64,000 bases of DNA, from positions 71,706-135,705 of the forward strand of contig CAYSEQ010000002.1 of the NCBI GenBank assembly GCA_964430475.1, read 5' to 3'. Under the pieces are notes generated by a model. That model was given only the letters and a program-made list of their open reading frames with translations. It did not search any database and was not told where the DNA came from. Positions 18,424 through 28,076 of this stretch are shown in pieces (positions within the stretch are counted from its first letter, which is position 1; each line of letters begins with the position of its first letter). Source of the DNA: an uncultured Gammaproteobacteria bacterium (GTDB lineage Bacteria; Patescibacteriota; Microgenomatia; UBA8517). The position numbers and the translations under genes are program-made.

Positions 18424-19899
18424 ATGTTTTCATTTTTTAGAAAAAATTATCTTTTTCTAATTATTATTGCACTGGGAGTTTTTTTGAGATCTTACTCTTT
18501 GGTTGAAAGATTGGATTATGCCCATGATCAAGATTTGCAGGGATGGATCATTAAGGATATCGTCGTAAATAAGCACTTGCGTTTGGTTGGACAAGAAACC
18601 TCAACACAGGGAATTTTTATAGGTCCTCTGTACTATTATCTATTAATCCCTTTCTACTTAGTTTTGAATATGGATCCAATTGCAGGATCTTATCTCGCAC
18701 TTTTATTAGGGATTCTAACTATTGGAAGTTTTTATTTTGTTTTTAAAGAAGTTTTTAATAAGACAGTTGGTTTGGTGGCGTCTTTTGTTTATTCAGTATC
18801 CTTTCCTCTTGTTTTCAATGATAGATCTGTTGTACCTACTTCTCCAATGCTACTCTGGTCGGTTTGGTTTTTTTATGCGACCTTTTTACTTCTGCGTGGA
18901 AACCAAAAGGGGTTTTTGCTAGTTGGAATACTTGCGGGACTTATTTGGAACATCAATGCTTCTTTAGTTCTTTTGCTCCCGATTGCATTGATTGCCTTTT
19001 TGCTTTCTGAAAAAAGAAAAATAAATTGGAGATATCTAATTTTTGCCTTGGTTATCTTTCTTATTATCCTTGCGCCATTAGTTGTCTTTGAGATTAGACA
19101 TGGATTTATTCAATCAAAATCCTTGATTAAGGCTTTCACATTAAATCAAGGAACAACTCTTACAAGAATAGGTCAGTTTGAAAAGGTGGTTTTTATCATA
19201 TCTTCCGGAGCTGTCTCTATTTTTTTTCAGCCGGATAGACGTTATGTTTTTTGGATCTTTTTGGTATATTTAATTTCTTTTATCTATCTTACTTATAAAG
19301 GCACTCTAAATTCTAGACTCTCAGTATTAATGTTTTTCTGGGTTCTGTTTCCCCTGATCTTTTTTTCTTTATATTCAAAGATTGTTTCGGAGTATTATCT
19401 TAATGAGGTTCTAATTGTTTGGATTGCAATTTTATCTCTTACTATTTTTGATCTTATTAAAGAAGATAGGTTTAAGATTTTTGCTTTTGTAATCCTTTTA
19501 TTTTTTGGTATTGTCAATTTAAATAGATCTCTTTCTTACCAGGGTGCATTAAACGGTTACAAATATCGGAAAGCTTTGGTGAGTGAGATTAAAAAAGATG
19601 CGTTGGAGAAAAAATATCCCTGTATTGCGATATCTTATATCACGGATCCGGGATATAATTTAGGTTATAGGTATCTTTTTTGGCTTGAAAATTTGCATGT
19701 AAACCAACCTAAATCTGGAAGTCCCGTTTACACTATAGTATACCCCTTAAACGATAAACTTTTTCCAGTTCATAGGACTTTTGGTGCTCTTGGGCTTATT
19801 TATCCAGATTATAGGAAGTATACTCAAGAGCAGGTTGAAAAAAGTTGTTTGGGTGAAAATGCAAACTTAACCGATCCCATGTTTGGATTTACAGATTAG
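18424..19899 (+). CDS. GT-C membrane glycosyltransferase, PMT_2/ArnT-like (paralog of 14071 and 16873)
   Basis: Start abuts the upstream stop (TAAATG). AHDQDLQGW...GPLYYYLLIPFYL. Polytopic. Confidence 0.55.
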   Translation: MFSFFRKNYLFLIIIALGVFLRSYSLVERLDYAHDQDLQGWIIKDIVVNKHLRLVGQETSTQGIFIGPLYYYLLIPFYLVLNMDPIAGSYLALLLGILTIGSFYFVFKEVFNKTVGLVASFVYSVSFPLVFNDRSVVPTSPMLLWSVWFFYATFLLLRGNQKGFLLVGILAGLIWNINASLVLLLPIALIAFLLSEKRKINWRYLIFALVIFLIILAPLVVFEIRHGFIQSKSLIKAFTLNQGTTLTRIGQFEKVVFIISSGAVSIFFQPDRRYVFWIFLVYLISFIYLTYKGTLNSRLSVLMFFWVLFPLIFFSLYSKIVSEYYLNEVLIVWIAILSLTIFDLIKEDRFKIFAFVILLFFGIVNLNRSLSYQGALNGYKYRKALVSEIKKDALEKKYPCIAISYITDPGYNLGYRYLFWLENLHVNQPKSGSPVYTIVYPLNDKLFPVHRTFGALGLIYPDYRKYTQEQVEKSCLGENANLTDPMFGFTD

Positions 19900-19901
19900 A
19901 A

Positions 19902-20681
19902 ATGAAAGATATATTTTTATCCGTGATAATTCCTTGCTATAACGAGAGTGAAAATCTTGAAAGAGGGGTTCTTGAAGATGTGTATAAGTTTTTGAAAACA
20001 AAAGATTTTGGTTGGGAGGTAATAATTTCTGATGATGGGTCAAACGATAAAAGCCGAGAGATTATTAAGAGTAAAATTAAAAATTTGAATAACTTTAGGC
20101 TTTTAGAAAATCCTCATGGAGGAAAACCTTGGGCACTTTTTTATGGTATAAATGAAGCAAAGGGAAGATTTATTTTATTTAGTGATATGGACCAATCTAC
20201 CCCCATCAATGAGCTAGACAAACTCCTTCCTTTCATAGGAAATAATGTTGGAGCAGTCATCGGTTCAAGGGGATTGGTCAGAAAAAATTATCCATTTTAT
20301 AGGAAATTAGGCTCTATAGTTTTTACAACATTTCGTCGACTCATTTTGCTTCCTGAAATCTATGATACACAGTGTGGATTTAAACTCTTTAGAAAGGAAG
20401 TAGTGAAGAAAGGATTTTCTAGACTTGAATTTTTCAGAAGAAAAGAGGAAGCGAAGGGTTGGAAGGTTACTTCCTATGATGTTGAACTTTTGCATATTAT
20501 AAAAAAAATGGGTTATGAGATTGAGGAAGTGCCTGTTAAATGGGAGGATGTTGATATAAGTAAAACTAAAGGTGCTTCTTTTAAAAGATATTTAAGGGAG
20601 TCCTTAGATATGCTGAACCAAATTGTAAGAGTTAAGTTGAATGAAATTAAGGGCGTTTATGACAATGTTCTTAAGGGTTGA
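19902..20681 (+). CDS. GT2 polyprenol-phosphate glycosyltransferase (DPM-synthase-like)
   Basis: SVIIPCYNESENL...VIISDDGSNDKS...FSDMDQS. Confidence 0.8.
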   Translation: MKDIFLSVIIPCYNESENLERGVLEDVYKFLKTKDFGWEVIISDDGSNDKSREIIKSKIKNLNNFRLLENPHGGKPWALFYGINEAKGRFILFSDMDQSTPINELDKLLPFIGNNVGAVIGSRGLVRKNYPFYRKLGSIVFTTFRRLILLPEIYDTQCGFKLFRKEVVKKGFSRLEFFRRKEEAKGWKVTSYDVELLHIIKKMGYEIEEVPVKWEDVDISKTKGASFKRYLRESLDMLNQIVRVKLNEIKGVYDNVLKG

Positions 20682-20730
20682 TTTTAGGCTACATATAAAA
20701 ATTTTTTGGTAATTGAAACAAAGCCAGGTC

Positions 20731-22305
20731 ATGTTTAATGAATTTTGGAAAAGGCATCTAAAAACTTTTATTCTGGGATTTGGAATTTTGGTTTTGGCTT
20801 TCTTTTTAAGGGTCAAAAATCTGACAATTTTGCCTGTTTTTAATGACGAGGCTATTTATATTCGTTGGGCACAAATAATGAAAAATGAGCCAACTCTCCG
20901 TTTCTTGCCTCTTTCGGATGGTAAACAGCCCCTTTTTATGTGGTCAATGATTCCTCTTTTCAAGGTTTTTTCCGATCCTCTTGTGGCTGGAAGAACTCTT
21001 TCTGTCTTAACTGGTTTAGTATCCTTGGCTTCAGTATTTATATTAACCTTTATTCTTTTTAGATCCACGAATAAAGCACTGATTGCAAGTAGTATGTATG
21101 CTTTATCTCCATTTGCTTTATTTTTTGACCGTTTAGCGTTGGTAGACTCTATGCTGACTATGTTTGGGATTCTTAGTGTTATTTTTGCGATTCTAGCGGT
21201 TAAAAAGGTAAGGCTTGATTGTGCAATGTTATCAGGATTTTTTTTAGGAGGTGCCTTGCTAACTAAATCCCCTGGAATTTTTTTTGCTTTACTTTTGCCT
21301 TCGACATTAATTCTTAGCGATTGGCCAAAAAATGTAAAGAAAAGTTTTAACAAGCTAAGCGTTTTTGTTTTTCTATTTACCTTTACATATTTAATAGCGT
21401 TTGGTCTTTACAATATTTTAAGGCTAGGTCCTAATTTCCACATGATTGCAATAAGGAATAAAGATTATGTGTTCCCTTTAAGTCACATCTGGGAGAACCC
21501 GAAAGATCCTTTTATTTTTCATATTAACGAGATTGTTCAGTGGTTGTGGTTTTTGGGTCCTTCTTTCTTGATTTTTATGCTTATTATTGGAGTAATTAGA
21601 GGATTTAATAGTTTTAAGAAAGAGACTTTAGTAATGTTTATCTTTGCTTTTTTCCCACTTTTTGTTAATGCCATGTATGCGAAAGTTTTTACTGCAAGGT
21701 ATATTCTCTATACTCTTCCTTTTATTTTTATACTCGCATCGTTATTTTTCAGTGAGACTAAAGAAAAAAAAGCACCCACTTTCTACCTCGAAATCTTTCT
21801 TTTTGTAGCGTTCATTGCTCATGCTTTCTGGATGGATTTTCTTTTACTAAGTAATGTCCAAAAAGCCCCACTCCCAAGAAGTGAACGTAGTGGCTACTTG
21901 GAGGAATGGAGTTCAGGTTATGGTATCAAGGAAGTAGCAGATTTTTTGCGTGAAATCCAAGAAGAAAACCCAAATCAAAAAATAGTAGTTGGTACTGAAG
22001 GATATTTTGGCGTCTTGCCCGACGGACTTAAGATGTATTTGGAAGATTTGCCTGAAATCACTGTCGTTGGTGTGGGGCTGGATCTGAAAGAAATACCATT
22101 AAGTCTCGTGGAGTCAGAAAAATCCGGAAATAGAACATTTTTGGTCATTAACAAGTCTCGCTTAAAAGCCGATTTTAGGGATTTAAATCTTAACCTTATC
22201 TCGTCTTATCCAAAAGCTCTCAGGAGCGAGGGAACCCGAGAGTATAATTTGCTTGGTCCACAAGAGGTTCTTTATTTGTTTGAATTGAAAGATATTAAAA
22301 AATAA
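20731..22305 (+). CDS. GT-C membrane glycosyltransferase, ArnT-like
   Basis: VFNDEAIYIRWAQIM...GKQPLFMWS parallels the ArnT DExRYaE...EKPPLxYW motif. About 12 TM segments. ATG at 20731; the ORF track begins at TTG 20713. Confidence 0.65.
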   Translation: MFNEFWKRHLKTFILGFGILVLAFFLRVKNLTILPVFNDEAIYIRWAQIMKNEPTLRFLPLSDGKQPLFMWSMIPLFKVFSDPLVAGRTLSVLTGLVSLASVFILTFILFRSTNKALIASSMYALSPFALFFDRLALVDSMLTMFGILSVIFAILAVKKVRLDCAMLSGFFLGGALLTKSPGIFFALLLPSTLILSDWPKNVKKSFNKLSVFVFLFTFTYLIAFGLYNILRLGPNFHMIAIRNKDYVFPLSHIWENPKDPFIFHINEIVQWLWFLGPSFLIFMLIIGVIRGFNSFKKETLVMFIFAFFPLFVNAMYAKVFTARYILYTLPFIFILASLFFSETKEKKAPTFYLEIFLFVAFIAHAFWMDFLLLSNVQKAPLPRSERSGYLEEWSSGYGIKEVADFLREIQEENPNQKIVVGTEGYFGVLPDGLKMYLEDLPEITVVGVGLDLKEIPLSLVESEKSGNRTFLVINKSRLKADFRDLNLNLISSYPKALRSEGTREYNLLGPQEVLYLFELKDIKK

Positions 22306-22316
22306 AATAATCCTTG

Positions 22317-23045
22317 ATGAACAAGAAAATTCTTCTTTCCTTAATAATCCCAGCATACAATGAGGAAAAAATTATTAAAGATACCTTATCTAAGGTTATA
22401 AAATTTCTTGCTAAGAAAAATTATTCTTGGGAAGTTTTAGTAGTTGATGATGGAAGTACTGACAATACGGCCAAAATAGCTAAGGGTTTTTCTAAAAAAA
22501 AGGTAAGAGTTTTATCTTTTGTTAAAAATAAGGGTAAAGGAGCGGCGATAAGAGAAGGTGTTTTAGTCTCAAAAGGAGAATTTATAATTTTTATGGATGC
22601 TGATTTGTCAGTTCCCTTAACAAATATTGATAAATTTTTGGATGAATTCAAGAAAGAAGAAATAGTAATAGCTTCCCGCCGTGCTGAGGGTGCGAAAATA
22701 GTAGTCCATCAGCCTTGGTTACGAGAGAATTTGGGCAGGATACATACCTTTCTTTCGAGAGTTGTGACCGGAGTGAATATCTCAGATTTTACATGTGGTT
22801 TTAAGGGATTTACCAGGAATGCAGCACTCAAAATATTTACAAAAGCCATCATCGACCGCTGGGCTTATGATGACGAGATAATGTTTTTGGCAAAGAAATT
22901 TGGGTTTAGGATCAAGGAAGTTCCGGTAGAGTGGGAGAATAGGAAAGATACGCGTGTAAAATTTAAGGATGTCGTTTTTGGGACACCCAAGGATTTATTG
23001 ATGATAAAGTTAAATGATCTTTTGGGAATATATGCGAATAATTGA
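22317..23045 (+). CDS. GT2 polyprenol-phosphate glycosyltransferase (CsbB/GtrB-like)
   Basis: SLIIPAYNEEKII...VLVVDDGSTDNT...FMDADLS. Confidence 0.8.
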   Translation: MNKKILLSLIIPAYNEEKIIKDTLSKVIKFLAKKNYSWEVLVVDDGSTDNTAKIAKGFSKKKVRVLSFVKNKGKGAAIREGVLVSKGEFIIFMDADLSVPLTNIDKFLDEFKKEEIVIASRRAEGAKIVVHQPWLRENLGRIHTFLSRVVTGVNISDFTCGFKGFTRNAALKIFTKAIIDRWAYDDEIMFLAKKFGFRIKEVPVEWENRKDTRVKFKDVVFGTPKDLLMIKLNDLLGIYANN

Positions 23046-24723
23046 GAATAAAGAAAAAATTGGCTTTCTTGTGATACTACTTTTCTTGGTTTTTATTTCC
23101 TTAAAACCCCTAACAAAACCAGGATTTTTTCCAATACATGACGATGTGCAGGTAATGCGACTTTTAGGAATTGATAAATGTCTGAAAGATGGACAGTTTC
23201 CTTGTAGATGGGTTCCCGATATGGGATACGGATACGGTTATCCTCAGTTTAATTATTATTCACCATTACCTTATTACATCATGGAAATTTTTCATCTAAT
23301 AGGTTTTGGATTTTTGGATAGCATCAAAATCGGATTTGCCTTAGGCTCCCTCATTGGTATTTTGGGTATGTATTTGTTAGCTAACTCTTTGTGGGGAGGT
23401 TATTCCGGAATTTTAGCCTCTCTTCTTTATGCTTATTTACCATATAAGGCTGTCAATATCTATGTTCGAGGTTCCTTGGCTGAGCTTTGGGGTTTAGCTT
23501 TTTTCCCCCTCGTACTTTGGAGTGCTAAAAAGTTAATTGAATCAAGACAAAAGATATATATCTTATCATTTGCAATTTTCCTCTTTTTTCTTTTTACTTC
23601 TCACAATATTAGCGCATTTATTTTTCTCCCGGTAGTTTTTTTATGGATTTTTTTTCTTTTTTTTCGTTTAAGAGGTAGCAAGATTGAGAATTTAAAAATT
23701 ATTGGAATTAGGTTATTATTGGGATTCTTGTGGGCAGTGGGTTTGTCAGCCTTCTTTATCTTTCCATCATGGTTTGAGAAAGACCTTGTGCATTTAGAGA
23801 CAATACGAAGTGGGTACTTTAGTTTTTTCAACCACTTTGTTGGGATAAAACAACTCCTGTTTTCGAATTATTGGGGCTATGGTGTTTCAGAACCTGGCCA
23901 ATATGATGAAATATTGCTTTCAGTCGGATTTTGGTACTGGTTTCTGCCTTTAATTCCTTTATTTTTTTTCCTTATTAAAAAAAGAGCGGGGTTTATTGAG
24001 ATTGTTTTTTTTATCCTTTTAGGCTGGGCTTTTCTTTTTATGGTTCATCCACGCTCAGCAATTTTATGGGAAAAGATATCTTATCTTTCTTTTGTCCAAT
24101 TTCCCTGGAGATTTTTAGGACCCGCAGGATTTTGCTTTTCATTATCAGCCGCAGCATGTGGTAGTTGGTTTAAGGAGGGGAAGAAATTTTTTATGGTAAT
24201 GTTTTTACCAATTTCAATATTAATTTTAATCTTCTATTCAAGCTTTTTTAGACCGAGGGAAATTCTTAATATTTCCGACAAGGAGAAGTTTTCTGGTGAT
24301 GAGTGGTTAAAACAACAAACAATAAGCATATACGACTATCTACCAATTTATGTTGAAAAAGTTCCAGACACTCCGGCAAGTAGTGAACCTTTGGTGTTAA
24401 AGGGAAGTGTTGAAATTCTTAAAGTGGATAAGGGAAGCAATTGGATAAGGTGGAACCTTATGGTAAGAAGTGATAGCTCAAAAGTGCTATTGCCTATGTA
24501 TTATTTTCCAGATTTTACGGTAAAGTTGGATTCTGACGAATGGAACTTTAGTAGACCGAATGAGAATGGACTTGTAAGTGTTGAGATTCCTTTTGGTAAG
24601 CATGAGCTTATGGTTAAAATAGACGATACAAAAATTCGGAGATTTTCAAATCTTTTAAGCTTTGGAGCCGTGATGATGATTCCCATTTTTTTAAGGAAGT
24701 TGAAAAAAACCTATGAAACTTAA
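23014..24723 (+). CDS. YfhO-like GT-C membrane glycosyltransferase candidate (1 of 3 tandem paralogs)
   Basis: The N-loop HDDVQVMRL...DGQFPCRWVPDMGYGYGYPQFNYYSPLPYY is conserved in the next two genes. The C-terminal YYFPDFTVKLD...GKHELMVK resembles the YfhO-family C-terminal signature (about YYPGWKAYVDGK, recalled). Overlaps the upstream GT2 by about 30 nt. Confidence 0.55.
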   Translation: MIFWEYMRIIENKEKIGFLVILLFLVFISLKPLTKPGFFPIHDDVQVMRLLGIDKCLKDGQFPCRWVPDMGYGYGYPQFNYYSPLPYYIMEIFHLIGFGFLDSIKIGFALGSLIGILGMYLLANSLWGGYSGILASLLYAYLPYKAVNIYVRGSLAELWGLAFFPLVLWSAKKLIESRQKIYILSFAIFLFFLFTSHNISAFIFLPVVFLWIFFLFFRLRGSKIENLKIIGIRLLLGFLWAVGLSAFFIFPSWFEKDLVHLETIRSGYFSFFNHFVGIKQLLFSNYWGYGVSEPGQYDEILLSVGFWYWFLPLIPLFFFLIKKRAGFIEIVFFILLGWAFLFMVHPRSAILWEKISYLSFVQFPWRFLGPAGFCFSLSAAACGSWFKEGKKFFMVMFLPISILILIFYSSFFRPREILNISDKEKFSGDEWLKQQTISIYDYLPIYVEKVPDTPASSEPLVLKGSVEILKVDKGSNWIRWNLMVRSDSSKVLLPMYYFPDFTVKLDSDEWNFSRPNENGLVSVEIPFGKHELMVKIDDTKIRRFSNLLSFGAVMMIPIFLRKLKKTYET

Positions 24724-26389
24724 GGAATTTTTATTGATCTTAATCGCAAGTATACCGGCTGGATGGTATTTATTCGGACCGGGTTATTACAACATGCATG
24801 ATGACCTTCAGGTTATGAGGATATTTGAAATGGAGAAGTGTTTGAGAGATGGGCAGATCCCTTGCAGATGGTCGCCTGATATGGCTTATGGATATGGGCA
24901 GGCGATGTTTAATTTTTATAGCGCTTTTCCTTATTATTTTGGCGTTTTAATTAGGATATTAACTTTTCTTTCTATCATCGCTACGGTCAAATTTACCTTT
25001 TTCCTTTCAATTCTATTTTCCGGCCTTGGGATGTATCTTCTTGCAAGGGAGTTTTGGGGTCGTCTGGGTGGTTTTGTTTCCTCGGTTTTGTATATTTATG
25101 CGCCATATCATGCTTTAGATGTCTTTGTCAGGGGTGCGCTAGCTGAGAGTTGGGCGATAGCAATTCTGCCGTGGTTGTGGCTTTCTATATACAAACTAGT
25201 TAGAAACCCGAACTTTTTGAATGGGTGTTTTTTGGCATTGAATTTATTTCTTCTTCTTACGACACATAATGTTTCTACCTTAATTTACTTTCTTCCTTCA
25301 TTAGGATGGGGCCTTTTTTGGTTATTGCGAGAAAGAAAATTAAAAAGTTTTCTTTATGTTGGATTTTATGGAATTTTAGGTTTGGGCTTATCCGCGTTTT
25401 TTATTATACCTGCAATTTATGAGACAAGGTTTGTGCAAATTGATAACCTTAAAAAGGATTATTCTGATTATCACGCCCATTTTGTCTCACTTAATCAGCT
25501 CTTTTTTGAAAGAAAGTGGGGTGACGGCCCATCAATTTGGGGACCTGAAGACGACATTTCTTTTCAAATTGGCTGGCCACACTGGTGGATTGTAGCACCC
25601 GCCTTTATTTTTTCCATATGGTTTTTTTTAAGAAAAAAAAGATTTTTAGAACCCCTTTTGATTTTTTCGCTTATTTTTCTTTTCCTTTTGACTAGTTTTC
25701 TTACACACCCAAGATCTGTGTTTATTTGGGAGAAAGTCCCTTTAATGGCATTTGTTCAATTCCCTTGGCGTTTTTTGGCTCTTGTCATTTTTTCACTTTC
25801 TTTTTTGGGAGGCTTTCTTGTTTGGATTAAGTATAGAGGAAGAACTCTAGTTGCGCTTATATTGGTAATTCTTACCTTTCTTTTGAATATTTCTTATTTT
25901 AAACCCATACATTTCTCGCGCTTGGTGAAAGATGAGGATAAACTGACAGGTCTTGCTTTTGAACTCCAGCAAAAAGCCGCGATTGTTGATTATCTTCCGA
26001 AAACTGCGGAAGTAGTACCACCTGCACCCGCACCGGAAAGTCCCAATATCATTGAAGGCGATGGTCATGTTTGGGGTTTTTCAAAAGGTTCTAATCGTTT
26101 CAGTTTTGAGATAGAAATGTATAACGAAGGTGAGGTGGTTGTTCCAGTTATGTACTTTCCTGGTTGGATTGTAATTCTAGATTCAAATGAAGTTCCTTTA
26201 GAAATTCACGGTGCACATGGAGTAATCAAAGTCAAGGTTCCTCTGGGGAAGCATAGCGTTAGAGGTCGTTTTACCAACACGCCAATAAGAAGTTATGCCA
26301 ATGGAATTTCTCTTTTTTCTGCCGTGTTTCTATTTTCTCTAAGCCTTTTGAAATTAAGGGAAAGGAGTAAACTTTATAAAGATGATTGA
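24713..26389 (+). CDS. YfhO-like GT-C membrane glycosyltransferase candidate (2 of 3)
   Basis: HDDLQVMRIFEMEKCLRDGQIPCRWSPDMAYGYGQAMFNFYSAFPYY. C-terminus YFPGWIVILDSNEVPLE...GKHSV. Confidence 0.55.
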   Translation: MKLKEFLLILIASIPAGWYLFGPGYYNMHDDLQVMRIFEMEKCLRDGQIPCRWSPDMAYGYGQAMFNFYSAFPYYFGVLIRILTFLSIIATVKFTFFLSILFSGLGMYLLAREFWGRLGGFVSSVLYIYAPYHALDVFVRGALAESWAIAILPWLWLSIYKLVRNPNFLNGCFLALNLFLLLTTHNVSTLIYFLPSLGWGLFWLLRERKLKSFLYVGFYGILGLGLSAFFIIPAIYETRFVQIDNLKKDYSDYHAHFVSLNQLFFERKWGDGPSIWGPEDDISFQIGWPHWWIVAPAFIFSIWFFLRKKRFLEPLLIFSLIFLFLLTSFLTHPRSVFIWEKVPLMAFVQFPWRFLALVIFSLSFLGGFLVWIKYRGRTLVALILVILTFLLNISYFKPIHFSRLVKDEDKLTGLAFELQQKAAIVDYLPKTAEVVPPAPAPESPNIIEGDGHVWGFSKGSNRFSFEIEMYNEGEVVVPVMYFPGWIVILDSNEVPLEIHGAHGVIKVKVPLGKHSVRGRFTNTPIRSYANGISLFSAVFLFSLSLLKLRERSKLYKDD

Positions 26390-28076
26390 CCTTAAAAGAC
26401 ATAAGTTCTTTATTTCTATTTTCCTTCTTTCAATTCCGGCAATCTACTTTTTAATCCTTCCGGGCTTCTACGAGTCTTCTGACCTTCACCACTTAGCAGA
26501 TATTTATGAGATGTTCCGAGCAACTTCATCTGGTCAAATACCGCCTCGCTGGGGTCCTGACTTTAGCTTTGGATATGGATATCCTCTTTTTAATTTTTAT
26601 TATGTTTTACCTTTTTATTTAGGAGCTTTGTTTTTTGCCGTTTTAAAAAGTTTACAATTTAGTTTCGAGTTAATTTTTATAGTCAGTGTTCTTCTTTCGG
26701 TTTTCGGCATGTATCTTTTTTTAAGGGAATTTTTTAATACATGGGCAGCGATGGCAGGATCAATACTTTTCCTTTATACCCCATATAGGGCTGTCCAGAT
26801 TTATGTAAGGGGGGCGATGGGGGAAGCGTTAGCTTTGTCTTTTCTCCCCTTTGTTTTCTGGGCCACTTTTAGACTATTAAAAAAATTTCATTGGAATTTT
26901 GTAGTTATATTAGCCTGTATTTTGGCACTTTTAATTCTTTCCCACAATTATTTTTGGGCCCTAACCCTTCCTTTTTTGATCTTTTTTGTATTTATTTTTA
27001 TGAATAAAAAAGATGTCAAAGTTAGCCTTATTTCTTTTGCTATAAGCCTATTTTTGGGCCTTGGTTTGACTTCATATTGGTGGTTACCTGCTATAATTGA
27101 ACAAAGACTTCTTTCTTCTAAAACACCATTTCCCTTGTATGATCATTTTCCTTTTCTTAGGCAATTAATTTTGCCTTCTTGGGGATATGGTGCCTCAGTT
27201 TGGGGTCCTCAAGATGGCCTTTCTTTTCAGGTTGGTGTTATGAATTGGTTGGTATTTTTGCTTTTTTGTGTTTTATTCCTAGTGAAAATGTCAAAAAAAG
27301 AAAACAAACACATAGCATTATTTATCTTTTCTTTATCGGGATTTATTTTAAGTATCTTTTTTATGAACATTCGCTCTTATCCAATCTGGAGGCTAATTCC
27401 CTTTCATGATTTTGTCCAATTTCCTTGGAGACTTCTTTCTTTCACTACATTTTTTACGAGTGTTATGGCGGCAATCTTGGTTGAGAGTTTTAAAAGCGCC
27501 TGGAAATTAGCTTGCGTGATTATTATTTTCGGGAGTATATCTTTGACCTTGAATTATTTCAGGCCCAGTCAAATTTTTTATAAAGGAGACGATGAGTATT
27601 TAGCAAGACTTTTCGCAAACAGGAGTCTGGGTGGAGAAAAAAAGGAGGTTTCGCAGGAATACTTGAACTGGAGTGAAGATTATCTTTTATTGCCTCATTG
27701 GGTTGGTGAAAGGCCGAAAGGTTTACCCTCTGCAAAGATTGAATCTAAAAAAGCAAGTATTGAAAGTATTCAGGAGATTTCAGCGGTAAAGTATAAGGTA
27801 GAAATTTTTTCCCAGGAAGACACAATTTTGACTTTTAACAATTATTACTTTCCTGGTTGGTTTGCGATGTTAGATGGTAAAAACAAAGAGATAAAGATCG
27901 GGAGACCCTATGGTCAAATTGAAGTGAATGTTCCTCCGGGGAGACATTCAATAGTATTTTATTGGGCTGAAACTAATTTAAGGAGATTTGCAGATTTGGT
28001 AAGTTTTCTTTCCTTTTTCTTCCTTTTGATGGTTTTAAAAACAAAAGGCAAGTGTTTGAAGCTTTTGATTAAATGA
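26382..28076 (+). CDS. YfhO-like GT-C membrane glycosyltransferase candidate (3 of 3)
   Basis: GQIPPRWGPDFSFGYGYPLFNFYYVLPFY. C-terminus YFPGWFAMLDGKNKEIK...GRHSI. Confidence 0.55.
   Translation: MIDLKRHKFFISIFLLSIPAIYFLILPGFYESSDLHHLADIYEMFRATSSGQIPPRWGPDFSFGYGYPLFNFYYVLPFYLGALFFAVLKSLQFSFELIFIVSVLLSVFGMYLFLREFFNTWAAMAGSILFLYTPYRAVQIYVRGAMGEALALSFLPFVFWATFRLLKKFHWNFVVILACILALLILSHNYFWALTLPFLIFFVFIFMNKKDVKVSLISFAISLFLGLGLTSYWWLPAIIEQRLLSSKTPFPLYDHFPFLRQLILPSWGYGASVWGPQDGLSFQVGVMNWLVFLLFCVLFLVKMSKKENKHIALFIFSLSGFILSIFFMNIRSYPIWRLIPFHDFVQFPWRLLSFTTFFTSVMAAILVESFKSAWKLACVIIIFGSISLTLNYFRPSQIFYKGDDEYLARLFANRSLGGEKKEVSQEYLNWSEDYLLLPHWVGERPKGLPSAKIESKKASIESIQEISAVKYKVEIFSQEDTILTFNNYYFPGWFAMLDGKNKEIKIGRPYGQIEVNVPPGRHSIVFYWAETNLRRFADLVSFLSFFFLLMVLKTKGKCLKLLIK

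Noticed and set aside
20856-21353. 165-aa Lys-rich ORF antisense to the ArnT-like GT-C gene 20731..22305
   Set aside because: The opposite-strand gene has clear family motifs. The antisense translation is low-complexity and basic, which is the expected mirror of a hydrophobic membrane protein.
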